DNA from: Deinococcus radiodurans R1 = ATCC 13939 = DSM 20539
GTDB taxonomy: Bacteria > Deinococcota > Deinococci > Deinococcales > Deinococcaceae
Direction of reading: 5' to 3'
DNA: 32,000 bases
NCBI RefSeq assembly: GCF_000008565.1
Contig: NC_001263.1
Coordinates: forward strand, 114,694-146,693
Shown: in pieces, positions 30,597 to 32,000 of the stretch
How positions within the stretch are numbered: position 1 is the first letter of the stretch
Layout: the number at the start of each line of letters is the position of its first letter
Position numbers and translations under genes: made by a program
The notes under the pieces: generated by a model
Told to the model about the DNA's origin: nothing
Database searches by the model: none
Seen by the model: only the letters and a program-made list of their open reading frames with translations

Positions 30597-31352
30597 ATGT
30601 TCGACTCGCACACCCACCTCGATTATCTCGACGACCCCGCCTCGGCGCGGGGTGAACTGGGCCTGACCGGCATGGTCTGCATCGGCGCCAGCGCGGAACA
30701 TGCCCGCAACGCGGTGGCCCTGGCCGAGCAGTTCGGTGACGTGTGGGCCACCGTCGGCCTGCATCCTGGCGACGTGGAAGAGGACTCGCCGGACACCCGC
30801 GCCGCCATTGAGGCCCTGCTGGACCATCCCCGCGTGGTCGGCATCGGCGAGAGCGGCCTGGACGACTACTGGAACGACACACAGCGCCCCGCACAGCTCG
30901 CCGCCTTCGAGTGGCAGTTGGAGCTCGCGCGGCGCAGTGGCAAACCCCTGGTTATTCATACCCGCGACAAGCCGGGGCAGGACTCGGCGCACCGGGGCGT
31001 CATCGAAACACTGAGGGACTGGCCCGATGTGCAGGTCATCCTCCACTGCTTCACCGGGCACGCGGGGCTGCTGGCGTGTGGCCTGGAACGCGGCGCTTAC
31101 TTCGGTTTCGCGGGCAACGTGACCTACAAAAATGCCGTAGAGATTCAGGCGGCGGCCCAGCAGGTGCCGCTGGACCGGCTGCTGGTCGAGACCGACGCCC
31201 CCTTCCTGGCGCCGGTGCCCAAGCGGGGCAAACCCAACCGGCCCGGCTACGTGCGCTATACGTTGGATTTCGTGGCGGGGCTGCGCGGTCTGAACCCGGC
31301 AGAGCTGGAGCGCGTCACCGACGAAAACGCCCGGCGGGTGTACGGCATCTGA
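30597..31352 (+). CDS. tatD: TatD family metal-dependent DNase/hydrolase
   Basis: [11 protein letters not shown]..., [10 protein letters not shown]-like [21 protein letters not shown] and [10 protein letters not shown]. Confidence 0.9.
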   Translation: MFDSHTHLDYLDDPASARGELGLTGMVCIGASAEHARNAVALAEQFGDVWATVGLHPGDVEEDSPDTRAAIEALLDHPRVVGIGESGLDDYWNDTQRPAQLAAFEWQLELARRSGKPLVIHTRDKPGQDSAHRGVIETLRDWPDVQVILHCFTGHAGLLACGLERGAYFGFAGNVTYKNAVEIQAAAQQVPLDRLLVETDAPFLAPVPKRGKPNRPGYVRYTLDFVAGLRGLNPAELERVTDENARRVYGI

Positions 31353-31392
31353 AAGGCATTTGCGCGGAGTTGCTATACTGCTCCGCGCGAGC

Positions 31393-31469
<77 letters not shown>

Positions 31470-31476
31470 TAAAAAG

Positions 31477-31503
31477 CCCCGCCTAGCGCGGGGTTCTTCT
31501 TTT
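31477..31503 (+). terminator. Rho-independent terminator after the tRNA
   Basis: Stem CCCCGC (31477-31482) / GCGGGG (31488-31493) followed by TTCTTCTTTT. Confidence 0.6.
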
Positions 31504-31673
31504 GCTTTGAACACTGCAAGAGCGTCAATTTTCAAACAAGAATTTAATCCTTTGCTTTGTCTCAATAGTCCGTGCAGTTTTGGAATTCAGCTAACCAAGC
31601 TGCGATAAACACGGCGTTTTTTGTCCCTCCCTCCTTGCGGGGGAGGTTGGGATGGGGGAGCGCAAATGGCGTC

Positions 31674-32000
31674 CTAGACAGCAAGATCTTGATCGCCCTC
31701 TGTAACGACCACAAAACTGCACGAACCATTGTTGTCTGTAGGAAGGATAAAATCTTCCCAGGCATAACGTTGACCATGATCTTCGAAATTATCTGTGACA
31801 TATCTATGTAGAATTTCAACCAGCAAGGTAGAAAATGAGACGAAACCTACTGGGGTTAGGCGCATGTAGCGAATCTTTTGAAAATTACCCACCGATGTTT
31901 CCAAAATCTCATCAATAGAAAACGTCGTATGGTTATGTTTTGCAATCTCAGTCTGCGCACTATCTGGCAAGCGAGAAAAGAGGTCTTTTGGGTTGTGGGT
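31674..32000 (-). CDS. Hypothetical protein, C-terminal part (5' end outside the window), in a low-GC segment
   Basis: The frame is open to the window edge (...THNPKDLFSRLPDSAQTEIAKHNHTTFSIDEILE...). Codon usage is AT-rich, unlike the rest of the window. I recognise no domain. Confidence 0.5.
   Translation of the reverse strand, partial: THNPKDLFSRLPDSAQTEIAKHNHTTFSIDEILETSVGNFQKIRYMRLTPVGFVSFSTLLVEILHRYVTDNFEDHGQRYAWEDFILPTDNNGSCSFVVVTEGDQDLAV

Noticed and set aside
31562-31819. 85-aa minus-strand ORF and 79-aa plus-strand ORF overlapping the end of the 31674..32000 ORF.
   Set aside because: They overlap the longer edge-truncated ORF and the non-coding spacer. They are short, have no RBS, and are the kind of chance ORF expected in AT-rich DNA.

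Overview
High-GC, Deinococcus-like chromosomal segment (inferred from composition, gene content and an exact HspR/HAIR operator upstream of dnaK). About 24 kb is housekeeping backbone, mostly on the minus strand. In order: a collagen-like GXY-repeat protein with an OMP-like C-terminus (5' truncated by the window edge), accC-accB, efp, dprA, a secreted TPR protein, an alkaline-phosphatase-superfamily metalloenzyme, trpF, a GNAT, the chaperone cluster dnaK-grpE-(small TM protein)-(VF530/ankyrin protein)-dnaJ-like, hemW, an E3-binding-domain protein, PPK2, an esterase, a MOSC protein, an EamA transporter, a Cys-less ArsC-family protein, a DUF4870 membrane protein, hflX, tatD and tRNA-Arg(CCT). 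Three stretches look accessory. (1) 20.47-21.52 kb is a visibly lower-GC single gene fusing an HsdR_N/PD-(D/E)xK-like nuclease domain to a DUF4357-like C-terminus. (2) 24.6-30.5 kb is a signal-peptide/DUF11-repeat surface-protein locus broken into three pieces by two inverted copies of a ~1.2 kb IS4-family element, both with disrupted transposase frames. (3) After tRNA-Arg at 31.4 kb the composition drops abruptly, suggesting an island boundary. Non-coding observations: a hairpin made of two perfect DnaA boxes; two related long hairpin repeats built from GGTCKA-type 9-mers; a 34-bp palindrome in the IS leader with compensatory changes between the copies; and an hflX N-terminal coding extension with no canonical start codon. 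I see no clear multi-gene novel system. The strongest candidates for follow-up are the nuclease-DUF4357 islet, the E2-like pseudoenzyme, the collagen/OMP fusion and the IS-bracketed adhesin locus. All domain calls come from reading the translations; no database search was run.
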